NCBI GenBank assembly: GCA_036724105.1
Contig: DAIMGF010000008.1
Location: 56,161 to 120,160, forward strand
DNA from: Parvularculaceae bacterium
Lineage (GTDB): Bacteria; Pseudomonadota; Alphaproteobacteria; Caulobacterales; Parvularculaceae
Length of the DNA: 64,000 nucleotides
Direction: 5' to 3'
Shown here: piece by piece, positions 18,063 through 28,568 of the stretch
Numbering within the stretch: the stretch's first letter is position 1
Layout of the letters: the number at the start of each line of letters is the position of its first letter
Notes under the pieces: generated by a model
Databases searched by the model: none
Told to the model about the DNA's origin: nothing
The model's input: the letters and a program-made list of their open reading frames with translations, nothing else
Program-made: the position numbers and the translations under genes

Positions 18063-21000
18063 CTAAAAATCCTTCTTCCAGTTCGCCGAGATGGTCTGGT
18101 CGCCGGTCTGTTCAATCTCCGTTTCCACCGTGATGTTGTCGGTGATTTCGTATTTGACGCGGACGGACCCGTTCTTGCCTTCCGCGTCCTGCGGAGACGA
18201 AAAGCCCGTCGGCCACATATTTCCCGACCGTCAGCGAGCCGCCGCCGTTTTCAGGGTCTATATCGACATTGAGAAGATCGAGGCCGACGGCGTTGCGCAG
18301 ACGACCGGTAACGCCTTCGCCGCCGAACGGGCCGATCCCGCTCAAGGACGCCAGCGCTTCGGCGATTTGAATAGACTCGAAAGGCGAGAGGTCCTGCGCC
18401 GGCTTGCCGAACAGGATGAGCGCCATCACGTCCTCCTGCGGCAGAGAGGGCGTGGACTCCAGCGACACCTGCGGCTCCTGCGCACGGCCGGAAATGACAA
18501 TTGCCGCCGTGACGCCGTCGCCGGCATCATGTTCGGCGCGGATGTCGAGAACCGGATTGTTGACGGACAGAAGATCGAACCGGATTGCGCCGCGCGTCAA
18601 ATCGAAACGCCGGCCCGAAAAATCGAGCCAGCCGCGTCTCAACGACAGATCGCCGACCACCACGGGTTGCTCGCGGCCGTTGACGACTGTGGCGTTCGCC
18701 GACCACTCGCTTTCAAGGCCGCGACCGCGAATGAAAATGCGGTCGTCGGCGGAAAGCTTGATCGTGTATTTGAGCGTTGAATTGCGTTCCGGCGTCAGCG
18801 TTTGCGGCGCAGCGCGCTCATCATTGTAAGCGACCACTTCGATATCCACCAGGCCGGTGCTTTCCGGCGTCACGATTTCCGCATCCATCTCGTCGATAAC
18901 GATGTCGCCGTTGGCTTCGAGCGCGTCGAACGGGCCGGAGACTTTCAGCGTTCCATTGGCGCGGACTTTGTTGATCGGGTGCGCAGCCAGTTCCGCATTA
19001 TCAAGCGTCACATCAAGATTGACGCGCGATGCATCGCCCAGCGTCAGGTCGCCGGTGAAAGTGATCGCATCATCGCGCGACTGGTCCGCACCGCGCGCGC
19101 CGCCCGTAAATGACACGACGCTTCCCCCGCTCTGGTATGTTGCGTTTGCTTCGGCATGCAAACCGGCGAGAGAGAACCCGGAGCCGAGTTCCGTATAGGC
19201 GCTTTCGGTCAGGTTGGCGCTGCCGGAAAGGTCCGGCGCGCTGGTGTCGCCGCCAAGGTTGAAATTCGCGGCGAGCTTTCCTTCCATGGTCTGCAATGTC
19301 GGCGGCAGATAGGCGGCGAGCGCCTGAATATCGCCGTCATAGCGGATGAAGCCGTCCAGTGGTCCTTCGGTGTTGATGGCGACTTTCGGCGCGCGCGTCA
19401 GCCTTGCTGGCAGAACGATGCGCATATCGATTTTTTCATCTGCGTTATCGTCCGTCAGGGTGATGGCGCCGCCGTCCCAGACGGCGTTGCCTGAAATGGA
19501 AGCTTCTTCCCGGTTCAACAAAAGCGAGCTCAGGCTGAAATCGGCGCGCGCCGGGATTTCTGCATTTGTATCAAGATCGAGCGTCATGGAAATCTGCCCG
19601 TCGGCGTTCGGAATATTCACGTTTTGCAACACGGCGTCCGCCCGCCAGCGCGTGGCCGAGATCGCACCGTCAAGCGCGATTGTTCCGCTGTCGCCATAGG
19701 CAAGGCGCAGGTTACTGACATTCACGCCGTCTTCGAGATTGATGCGCGCCGGTTCGGTAAGCCGCGCGCGGTTGTCAGCGATCAATGCTTCGAACTGAGA
19801 GAGCATGATGCCGGGAGCGCCGCGCAGCGCGACGGTTCCTTCGGCTCTGTAGTCAAGAATGTTTTCAATATTCGGCGCGGAAAAGCTGTCACCGGTAAGG
19901 CTGACATTGACGGCGCCTGGCGGGCCCTGCGCGGTCATCGCAAAACCTGAAACCGAAATATTCCGGACGCTCAGCTCGCCAGCATTGATGCTCAGGTTGT
20001 TGAGCGCGCCGTCGCGTGAAAGAACGCCCTTGATGGTTGCGTCGCCAGTGACGATGACGCCCGGCCACGGTTCCGCATCGTCTTCGCCGTTGAACGTCAG
20101 ATCAAGATTGGCCGTCTGCGGGCCGGGATTGAAATCGCCGGTTCCTTCAAGGCGAAATCCGCGGCCAGCATAAAGCAGCCTCGGCGCGCGGATGAGACCG
20201 CTATCCGATGACCGCAACTGCGCTTCAAGCCGCCGCGGCGCGCGGTTGCGTGCGGTTGCGAGAATATCGCCGGTCGGCAGCTTCGGCAGGCCCGCAAGTT
20301 CCGCTTTCACCGCCATGGGTGGCAGCGCGCTGTCGTTCATGCGCAGTTCCGGCGTTTCGAAATTTGCTATCGCGGTGAAACGGTCGAGCGGTCCGGAAAT
20401 GTTGAGGTCACCGGCGATGGCCCCTGTCGCCACGACCGACGCCGCCAGCGCACGGATGGCGTCAGGCGTCAGCGAGAAATCACCGTCAAGGTCGATATTC
20501 TTGTTAGCTGATTCGTAAGCGCCCGCGCCGCGGAAGGTTGCGCCGTCTGCGGTTTCCACCGACAGGTGATTTGCGCGGAAATGCGTGCCGAGATCAATGT
20601 CGATAACGCCGGAACCTTGAACGCCGGATGCGAGGACGGAAGGCAGGGCGGTGTTCTCTGCAAGCGTCAATGTCAGTTCGCCTATAAGTTTGCGCGCAAG
20701 GTCCGTGCGGCCGTTTTCGATTGAGATATCGGCAACCGGTCCGTCGACTGTCGCCATCAGTGCGTAGTCATTGCGCCGCCAGTTGAGTTCTGACGTGATC
20801 GTTGCCGTTTCGCCTAGATATGTCTGGATTTCCTGACGATAGCCTTCGGCAAAGGCGGCGTTCAGCGAGGACGTAAACTGATCGACTACGCCGCGTGTCG
20901 CCCTCCAGTTGATAACGCCGTCAATGGCGCCGACGGCCGACGTAAGCGATCTAACGGTGAGTTTTCCACCGCGTTTGTCGAAATCAAGCCGCGCGTCGAG

Positions 21001-21861
21001 CGATGCCGGCGCCGCCAGTTCCATAATATGCGCGAGCCGTTCGCCAGCCATGAAAGCGATATTGAGATCGGCGCCGGTAAAGTTTTCGAGATCGCTGGCG
21101 ATCGACAATTCAATTTCGCCATAATATCCGACAACGCCCGTTAGTTCGACCGTCGCGTCTTCAATCCCGCCGGCGCCTTTCGCATCGACCCGTAGCGGCC
21201 CATGCAGATCGAGCAAAGTGGCGATGACGCCTTCGATTTCGGCGACCACCTCAGCGTCAAGAAAGAATCGGTCCTCACGCGGCGCCTTTTCGAACGTGAT
21301 GTCCGCCTGATCGAATCCGCCGCTGCTGGTGAGCGCAAGACGCGCATAGATATCCGGCCCGTCGAGACGCAGCGATCCCGCGCCGTCGATCCGTTCCATC
21401 TTTCCGTTCACTGACGCCTGAAAATCGGTGATCTCGATGGTTTCGATGGAAAGCTTCGGCGCATTGATTGACAGGTCGATTTGCGCGCCTTCATCCTCTG
21501 GCTTTTCTCCCGGCGGCGGGTCGCGATTAAGCCGCGCGCCGGTGACCAACGCTTCGTCGATGACTATGCGCTTGCGGATAAGCGCGAGCGGCCGCCAGCG
21601 CAGTTCTAGCCTGTCGGCGGTGAGCCACGGACCTTGTTGGTCCTCGAGAGAGACGTTTTCGAGGATGACCAAGCCAGGCGGCGCGCCTTTGAGGGCGCCG
21701 ATATCCGCCTTGCTGTTGAGCGCGCGCCCGAGTTCCGCCTCAACGATTTCTTCCAGGAACTCCCGTCCCGGCGGCGTGTGAAACAGCCCGACCCAGGCGA
21801 TAATGACTGCCGCCATCAGCGTCGCTGCGATCATCCCGCATATGGTGAGGATTCGTTTCAT
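18063..21861 (-). CDS. tamB: translocation and assembly module protein TamB (DUF490), apparently frameshifted near 18190
   Basis: A protein of about 1250 aa with an N-terminal anchor and long beta-rich repeats, located downstream of tamA. The track ORF ends at 18112 after about 25 Arg/His-rich residues, whereas the adjacent frame continues to a TAG at 18063-18065 and encodes QDAEGKNGSVRVKYEITDNITVETEIEQTGDQTISANWKKDF, a typical DUF490 C-terminus. Confidence 0.8.
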
Positions 21862-23672
21862 CAGAATGGCTGTCCCAACGCGATATAGATCTGAAAATCG
21901 TTGTCGCTTTCACGCTTGTCGAGCGGAAAAGCGATATCGGCGCGGATCGGCCCGATCGGGGTCAGGTATCTGACGCCGCCGCCATAGCCGATGAAAAACT
22001 CATCGTTGAAATCCGGAATGGTGTCGGCGGAAATCGATCCGGCGTCGACAAAACCGGCGATCTGCAGGTTCTTGATCACTTTGACGCGCGTTTCGAAGGA
22101 ACTCTCGATCCGTGAAAGCCCGCCGATGGGATCGTTTTCCGCATCAAGCGGGCCCGCCTCCTGAAATCCGTAACCGCGCACCGATCCGCCGCCGCCGGCG
22201 TAATACCGTTTGTTGCGCGGCAAGGCGTCGAGTGAGTTGCCGAATGTCGCGCCAAGCGCGGAACGAACGGCGAGCGTCACGCGCTCGTCGCCGCCAAAGT
22301 GAACCCGCGCCCGCGCCGCGATTTCCGACTGCGTGAAACTGTCCGAGCCTGTGTAGGGCGTTACGGTCCACGACGCGCGAAATCCGCTGGTCGGATTCAA
22401 CAGATCGTTTTCCGAGTTCCAGATGACGGCGAGGGGCGTCGAAACGAAGTAGGTGCGATCCTCCATGCCGTCGGCGCGGATGTTTGATGTTTCAAGCGCG
22501 ATGGCAGCGCGCGTTTCGAGATTGTCGCCGATCCATTTTTTCGAAAGCCCGCCGGAAGTTTTCAACGAGCGCGCCTTGAATGCATCGGTGGTTTCGTTTT
22601 CAAATGCAGCGCTTGCAAACGCTTGCCCGTCGAGCCGCGGCATGGGGCGCGTAACGGTTGCGGTAATCGATTGTTCAAGTTCGGAACCACGCAATTCGAT
22701 ACGGGAGTTTTCGCCATGGCCGAAGACATTGCGGTGCTCAAAAAAGACGCGGCCGCCGGGCCCTTCATCGGTTGAATAGGAAACGCCGGCGCCGACGGTG
22801 CGCTGTTTTCTTTCTTCGACGCGCACGATGACAGGCGTCACGCCGTTTTCGTCCGGGGTTCCGGGCGAAATATCGATGGTCGAGAAGATGTTGGTCTCGC
22901 GCAGCTTGTCGTAATAGGTCGTCAGCTTCGACCGGTCGAACTCCTCGCCTTCCTGCCAGGTCTTCATGCGGCGGATGAACGATGCATCGGTTTTATCAGC
23001 ACCTTTGACTTTCGGCGGGCCGAACTTCGCCTTCGGTCCGCTGCGAAACACAAAAACGGCGCTTGCCTCGCCGGTTTCAAAGTTGGCGATGGCGCGGCGA
23101 TTGACGATCTCGGCGGACGGGTAGCCGCTTTCCCAAAGGACGTTCAGAAACGCCTGCTGGCGTGCGCGCAAGGCGGCGCCGTCCGCCGCGCCGTTTGTTT
23201 TGATGCCCGCATCGGCGAAAGTCGCCGGCCTGCCGTTCGCTTCGTCCTGATAGAGAATTTCATATTCGGTAATGCGGAACGCCGGGCCGGTATCGATCCT
23301 GAAAATGATCCGCGGCTTGGCGCCATCTTCCGCAGGAATGAGATCAAAGTCAGCTGTTCCTGAGTAAAAGCCCGCGGCCTTGAGCGCGTCGTTGAACGCC
23401 TCCACATCTCGCCGAGCCGCGCGGCGAAGCGCCGCGGCGGTGGGATATTCCCGAACGCCTTTCATGAGCTCGGAAATCATCTGCAACTTGTCGCGCAGGC
23501 CGTTGGAGGCGCCCTCGATGGACGCGGCGTAGCTGTCGGCGGCCTGGGCGGGGGCGGATACTTCCACACAAGCCAATGCTGCCGCGCTGGCGCACGCCGC
23601 AAATTTCCCAAAAAAGTCAGAGGCTTGCCGCCTTCTACGCAACATGGGTCTCTCAAATGACGCGCTTTTCAC
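21861..23672 (-). CDS. tamA: TamA (Omp85/BamA-family outer-membrane protein)
   Basis: Signal peptide ...SAPAQA-A, POTRA-like repeats and a C-terminal Omp85 barrel ending ...FQIYIALGQPF. The stop codon overlaps the tamB start by 1 nt. The GTG at 23672 has GGAG upstream; an alternative ATG lies at 23645. Confidence 0.85.
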   Translation of the reverse strand: MKSASFERPMLRRRRQASDFFGKFAACASAAALACVEVSAPAQAADSYAASIEGASNGLRDKLQMISELMKGVREYPTAAALRRAARRDVEAFNDALKAAGFYSGTADFDLIPAEDGAKPRIIFRIDTGPAFRITEYEILYQDEANGRPATFADAGIKTNGAADGAALRARQQAFLNVLWESGYPSAEIVNRRAIANFETGEASAVFVFRSGPKAKFGPPKVKGADKTDASFIRRMKTWQEGEEFDRSKLTTYYDKLRETNIFSTIDISPGTPDENGVTPVIVRVEERKQRTVGAGVSYSTDEGPGGRVFFEHRNVFGHGENSRIELRGSELEQSITATVTRPMPRLDGQAFASAAFENETTDAFKARSLKTSGGLSKKWIGDNLETRAAIALETSNIRADGMEDRTYFVSTPLAVIWNSENDLLNPTSGFRASWTVTPYTGSDSFTQSEIAARARVHFGGDERVTLAVRSALGATFGNSLDALPRNKRYYAGGGGSVRGYGFQEAGPLDAENDPIGGLSRIESSFETRVKVIKNLQIAGFVDAGSISADTIPDFNDEFFIGYGGGVRYLTPIGPIRADIAFPLDKRESDNDFQIYIALGQPF

Positions 23673-23913
23673 CGGACGCTCCGGCAGTGGCGATGATCTA
23701 CTCTAGATATGTTTCGCAGCACCCTGTCACGGCATGGTTAACCTTGTGCTGCGAAATGGCCGTTTTAAGGTTGTTTTAAAGCCCGCAACGCCTTATTCCA
23801 TCGGGATTTTCGGCGATTTTACCATCGCCAGTTCTGGCCGTTTTTCTAGTCGTAACGCCCAGACTGCGCTATGCCCCTCGTTCGGGTAAACAGGGCAAAG
23901 GGCGAATAATTCC

Positions 23914-25044
23914 ATGGCGCATCCGTTAAGCGGCGCAAATCTCGGTACGCTGGCGACCGTCGCAGGGCGTTCCGGCGCGCCGAGCCATGCCTTGCAAGGG
24001 GCGGCCATTGGCCTTGCCGCGCTCGGGCGCTGGCCGTTTTCGACAGTCGAAAAAATCGTCATGGAAAGCAAATTGCCGACGATTGAGGATATGCCGCCGC
24101 CTGTCTTCATCCTGGGCCATTGGCGGTCCGGCACCACCCATCTTTACAACATCATGTGCGAAAGCGGCGAGTGGGGGTACGTGCCGCCGGTCGCGACGGG
24201 CCTGCCCTGGGATCTGTTCGGCATCGCGAAAGTGTTCAGCCCGCTGCTTGAAAAGGCGCTGCCGGAACACCGCTTTATCGACAATATTCCGGTGACGCCC
24301 ACGAGCCCGCAGGAAGATGAGATCGCTATCGCGAATATGTCGGAAGTCTCGTTCTATCACGGGATTTATTTTCCGAAGGCGTTCGCGGAAAACGTAAAGC
24401 GCGGGCTTTTCTTCGACGGCTGTTCGACGGGCGACATCAGGAACTGGCGCAAGCAATTCACTTACTTTTTGCGCAAGCTTTACCTGCATCAGGGTGAAAA
24501 GCCGCTGTTGATCAAGAACCCGGTCTATACAGGCCGCTTCGCCATGCTGCGGGAAATGTTTCCGAACGCGAAATTCATCCACATTCACCGCAATCCATAC
24601 GACGTTTTCGTTTCCATGCGGAATTTCTATACGAAACTGTTGAAAGAGTTCGCGCTGCAAAGCTACGACCATGTAGATATCGATGAGGCGATCTTGAGTG
24701 TTTACGACCGGATGATGCGCGATTATGAGCGCGATGCGGCGGCGGTTCCCGCTGACCAGCTGGTGGAATTACGCTACGACGACCTCGACGCCGAGCCCAT
24801 TGCGGCGGTCCAGAAGGTATATGACGCGCTTGACCTGCCGGGGTTTGATGCGGCGAAAGATAAATTCGAGCGCTATCTTGCCTCGGTTTCCACATTCAAG
24901 AAGAATAAGTTCGACTATTCCGATGAAGCGGCCGCCAAAGTAGAGGCGCGTCTCGGCCATTTCATTGAAAAATGGGGATATCAGCGGCCCGGAAGAGGCG
25001 CTGACGACGATAGAGGGGCGCGTCATGGGGAAAACGCAGCTTAG
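23914..25044 (+). CDS. sulfotransferase family protein
   Basis: FILGHWRSGTTHLYN (5'-phosphosulfate-binding loop) and IHIHRNPYDVFVS (3'-phosphate-binding motif). Confidence 0.8.
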   Translation: MAHPLSGANLGTLATVAGRSGAPSHALQGAAIGLAALGRWPFSTVEKIVMESKLPTIEDMPPPVFILGHWRSGTTHLYNIMCESGEWGYVPPVATGLPWDLFGIAKVFSPLLEKALPEHRFIDNIPVTPTSPQEDEIAIANMSEVSFYHGIYFPKAFAENVKRGLFFDGCSTGDIRNWRKQFTYFLRKLYLHQGEKPLLIKNPVYTGRFAMLREMFPNAKFIHIHRNPYDVFVSMRNFYTKLLKEFALQSYDHVDIDEAILSVYDRMMRDYERDAAAVPADQLVELRYDDLDAEPIAAVQKVYDALDLPGFDAAKDKFERYLASVSTFKKNKFDYSDEAAAKVEARLGHFIEKWGYQRPGRGADDDRGARHGENAA

Positions 25045-26095
25045 GTTGGCGGCGGTGCTGGCGTTTGCAGGTCTTGCCGCCTGCAGCGCACGCGACGTCG
25101 GGCCGGCTAAATACGGAGCAAATCTGTGCCGGCATGTCAGCCTTCTGGATGATGTGACGCTCAAACCCATTCGCGGCGCAGAGGATCTGGCGCTCGATCA
25201 GGCGAACGGGCGCCTGTTTGTATCCGCCTATGACCGGCGCGCGGTTGAGAAAGCCGCCAGAAGCAGAAAACAAACGCCGCCGAGCGGCGGTGTTTACGCC
25301 ATTTCACTTGAAACGCTTTTTGATCCCGACACCGAAGAACTTTATGTCGGTTCTCTCGCGGCGCCGGGCGAGTTCGCCGGAGGGTTGCGGCCGCACGGCA
25401 TACATTACGACGCCGCCAATCACGAACTTATTTTTATCAACCGGACATATGCGCGCGAGGGCAGTAACTGGCGCATGACGCCAAAGCTTCAGCGCATCGG
25501 CGCCAATGGCGAAGCGTTTGTCGGCGTGCCGCAGGACTCGCCATGCGCGGCCAATGACGTAACCGTTGTCGATGGCGGCGTACTGACGACGTTCGATCAT
25601 GCATCATGCGGCATCGGCGGCGGTCTTGAGGATATCTTTCGCCTGAAGCGGAGTGGTTTTACTGATGAGAACGGCGCCGTATTCAACAAGGCGGCGTTTG
25701 CGAACGGGATCGCCAGTCTGCCAACCGGCGATATTGTTCTTGCAGCGACACGTGAGAACATGCTGCTTGTCATGGACAAGGACAGTCATGCGCCGACACA
25801 GCGCATCGAATTACCGGGCGGCCCAGATAACATCTCTGTTTCGTGGAACGGCACCATCATCGCCGCCGTTCACCCGAAGATGATGAAGCTTGCCTTGAAC
25901 CGGAAGCTTGGCTGGGGCCGGGCGCCATCGCGTATTGTGAAAGCCAACCCTGAAACCGGCATGATCGATATTCTGTTCAACGATTCAGAAGGCGAATTGT
26001 TCAGTGCGGCGACAGCAGCGATTGAAACGCCGCAGGGACTTGTCGCCGGATCGGTAACGGACGAGGGGCTGCTGGTTTGCCGGGCGCCGGCATGA
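25025..26095 (+). CDS. lipoprotein, six-bladed beta-propeller arylesterase/lactonase (PON/SMP-30-like)
   Basis: The ATG at 25025 overlaps the previous gene by 20 nt. The lipobox is FAGLAAC-S. IRGAEDLALDQANGRLFVSAYD resembles the PON N-terminal blade (GSEDL...G.AF.S). Confidence 0.65.
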   Translation: MGKTQLRLAAVLAFAGLAACSARDVGPAKYGANLCRHVSLLDDVTLKPIRGAEDLALDQANGRLFVSAYDRRAVEKAARSRKQTPPSGGVYAISLETLFDPDTEELYVGSLAAPGEFAGGLRPHGIHYDAANHELIFINRTYAREGSNWRMTPKLQRIGANGEAFVGVPQDSPCAANDVTVVDGGVLTTFDHASCGIGGGLEDIFRLKRSGFTDENGAVFNKAAFANGIASLPTGDIVLAATRENMLLVMDKDSHAPTQRIELPGGPDNISVSWNGTIIAAVHPKMMKLALNRKLGWGRAPSRIVKANPETGMIDILFNDSEGELFSAATAAIETPQGLVAGSVTDEGLLVCRAPA

Positions 26096-27081
26096 GCGAA
26101 CGCACGCTTGTCACTGGCGGCGCCGGATTTGTCGGCAGGCATCTCGTGGCGAAACTGCGTGCGCAAGGCGAGCGGGTGAGATCATTCGATCTCGCCAAGC
26201 CCGCCCATGAAGACGACATGCAAGGCTCTATCACGGACATGGACGCGGTTGTGGGCGCAATGGAAGGCGTTTCCACCGTGTTCCATCTCGCGGGAGACGC
26301 GCAGCTCTGGTCCCGCGACAACGCGCATTTCGACAGGGTCAATCGATACGGAACCAAATGCATTGTCGAAGGCGCCTTGAATGCGGACATTCGCAGGTTC
26401 GTTCACTGTTCGAGTTTGACAACGCTGGTCGGCAAATCGACGCCAATTGGCGTTTCGACTGCTGATGAAGACATCGTTCTCATTGGCAACGAAATGCTCG
26501 GCGCTTACCCGCATTCGAAACGCATCGCTGAGAAGGAAGTCGAAGACGGCGTCAAACAGGGGCTTGATGCTGTCATCGCCATTCCAACCGAGCCTTTGGG
26601 CGCCGGCGATGACAGCTTGACCCCGCCGACGCAGATGATTCTCGATTTCGCCAACGGGAGAACGCCCGCTTATATCGACTGCATGTTGAATTTCGTGCCT
26701 GTTGAAAGTCTGGCGGACGGTTTGATCGCCGCACGGGAGCGTGGCCGCCGCGGCAATCGTTACATACTCGGCGGCGAAAACATTCCCATGCAAAAATTGT
26801 TCGCCATGATTGAACAGGCGACCGGCCGTCCGGCGCCGAAGATGAAAATGCCATACTGGGCGGCGCTCGCCGCCGGTATTGTGGACACGAAACTTGTCGC
26901 CGCGCTCACGGGCAAGCCGCCGAAAGCGCCGCTGACGGGCGTGCGCCTCGCCGGGCGGCAGGTGTCGTTTTCTTCCGAAAAGGCGGCGCGCGAACTTGGC
27001 TGGCGAGCGGGCCCCGCCGAACCGGCGCTGAAAGAGATGCTCGACTGGGCGAAGGGTAAGGGACTGCTGAAAGCAGTTTAA
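26092..27081 (+). CDS. hpnA: NAD-dependent epimerase/dehydratase, hopanoid-associated HpnA-like
   Basis: ATGA overlap with the upstream stop. Carries TGGAGFVGRHL (Rossmann), YPHSK (the catalytic YxxxK) and GVRLAGRQVSFSSEKAARELGW, as in HpnA. It sits next to hpnB and hpnCDE. Confidence 0.7.
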   Translation: MSERTLVTGGAGFVGRHLVAKLRAQGERVRSFDLAKPAHEDDMQGSITDMDAVVGAMEGVSTVFHLAGDAQLWSRDNAHFDRVNRYGTKCIVEGALNADIRRFVHCSSLTTLVGKSTPIGVSTADEDIVLIGNEMLGAYPHSKRIAEKEVEDGVKQGLDAVIAIPTEPLGAGDDSLTPPTQMILDFANGRTPAYIDCMLNFVPVESLADGLIAARERGRRGNRYILGGENIPMQKLFAMIEQATGRPAPKMKMPYWAALAAGIVDTKLVAALTGKPPKAPLTGVRLAGRQVSFSSEKAARELGWRAGPAEPALKEMLDWAKGKGLLKAV

Positions 27082-27124
27082 GAGAACGTCATACCGCGGC
27101 ATCATATGCAAAAAGGATGCGCTT

Positions 27125-27985
27125 ATGAGTGTCGCAGAAGCATCGCCGGAAATTGATCAATGGCTTGGCGGCCGGCCTTTCGAGGACTGGCGCGCGCAGT
27201 TCGATCGCGACGGCTATCTGATTTTTGAAAACGTGTTGAGCGAAGCGCAGCTGACTGAAATCAGATCGGCGCTGGCGCCCTATCTCGATCAGAACATAAA
27301 GGGCCGAAACGAATTCGAGGGACACGATTCAAACCGTGTCTACGCCATGCTGGCGAAATCGCCGGTATTCGCTGATCTGGTGACGAATCCTTTGGCGCTG
27401 AAATTCGTTGAGGCGGATTTAGGCCCGGACTGCCTGCTCTCCGCCTGCCTCGCGATTAAGCTTCATCCCGGGGAGACGGCGCAACCCTGGCATTATGACG
27501 ACAGCCATTATCGCTGGCCGCGGCCCCGGCCATCGCTCGGTGTTTCAACCTTCTGGGCTATCGACGCAATGACTGAGACAAACGGCGCCACGGAAATCCT
27601 GCCCGGCAGCCATCTGTGGGTGGATGAATCTTTCGAAGGCGCGATCGCAACGGAAGACTTTAGCAGAGATAGCCGCCGCGAGGGCGATCCGGGCGCACGG
27701 CCTGACGCCATGAAAGCCGTTATGCCGGCAGGGTCGCTGATGCTCGCCAAAGGCACGCTCTGGCATCGCGGCGGCGCGAATGTCTCCGACGCGCCGCGGC
27801 TGATCATTACGCCGCAATATTGCCCGGCCTGGACGCGCCAGTTGGAAAATATGTTGCTTGCGGTGCCGCCGGAGGTCGTGAAAACCCTGCCGCCGCGCGT
27901 GCAGGAACTTATTGGCTATTCGATCTGTTCGCCGTTCATGGGGTATGTGGATGGACGCCACCCCAAGCGCCTGCTTGAGCGTTAA
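27125..27985 (+). CDS. phytanoyl-CoA dioxygenase (PhyH) family Fe(II)/2-oxoglutarate oxygenase
   Basis: The N-terminus FDRDGYLIFENVLSEAQL is typical of PhyH. WHYDD (an HxD-type iron site) and a later LWHRGGAN His/Arg motif are also present. Confidence 0.8.
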   Translation: MSVAEASPEIDQWLGGRPFEDWRAQFDRDGYLIFENVLSEAQLTEIRSALAPYLDQNIKGRNEFEGHDSNRVYAMLAKSPVFADLVTNPLALKFVEADLGPDCLLSACLAIKLHPGETAQPWHYDDSHYRWPRPRPSLGVSTFWAIDAMTETNGATEILPGSHLWVDESFEGAIATEDFSRDSRREGDPGARPDAMKAVMPAGSLMLAKGTLWHRGGANVSDAPRLIITPQYCPAWTRQLENMLLAVPPEVVKTLPPRVQELIGYSICSPFMGYVDGRHPKRLLER

Positions 27986-28085
27986 AAATCGCTCATTTAT
28001 ATGCGCTTTTTCGTGCGGTTTGCCGCATTCGTAATGCGGGTTTCAGTACTTATATACCTATGTGAAGCAGAGCGGAGACTGACCA

Positions 28086-28568
28086 ATGAAGTTTACAAAC
28101 ATCATTGCTGCTGTTTCGGTTGACGATGACCTATCGGACGGCGTTATCCGCGCCGCGCGATCTCTGGCGGAGCGCGATGGCGCGACATTACAGATCGTCA
28201 GCGCATGGCCGCTATTGAGCTCGACAATCCCTGCGTTCAGCGGCGAAGCGGCGGCCAATTCCGCCGTGGCGGCGGAAGCCATTACCCAGCGCAACCGCGA
28301 AGGCCGCAAAGCCAGCGAGCAGCGCCTGACGGAAATGACCAAACGGCTGGCCCCGGAGGCCAAAGCGGTTCTGGTGGATGGCGACCCTGCCGATGAAATT
28401 ACGCACTATGCGAAAGAGCAGGGCGCCGACCTGATCGTTACCGGTTCGCATCAGCGCGGGTTCTGGGAGACGCTTTTTCAGGGGAGTGCATCGCGCGACC
28501 TCGTTCGCGAAGCGCCGTGCGCGGTGTTTCTGGTGACGAAAGCCTTCGCTGAAACGATGCAGTCTTAA
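28086..28568 (+). CDS. universal stress protein (UspA family)
   Basis: NIIAAVSVDDD...GADLIVTGSHQRGFWETLFQGSASRDLVREAPCAVFLV is the Usp ATP-binding motif G-x2-G-x9-G(S/T). Confidence 0.85.
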   Translation: MKFTNIIAAVSVDDDLSDGVIRAARSLAERDGATLQIVSAWPLLSSTIPAFSGEAAANSAVAAEAITQRNREGRKASEQRLTEMTKRLAPEAKAVLVDGDPADEITHYAKEQGADLIVTGSHQRGFWETLFQGSASRDLVREAPCAVFLVTKAFAETMQS

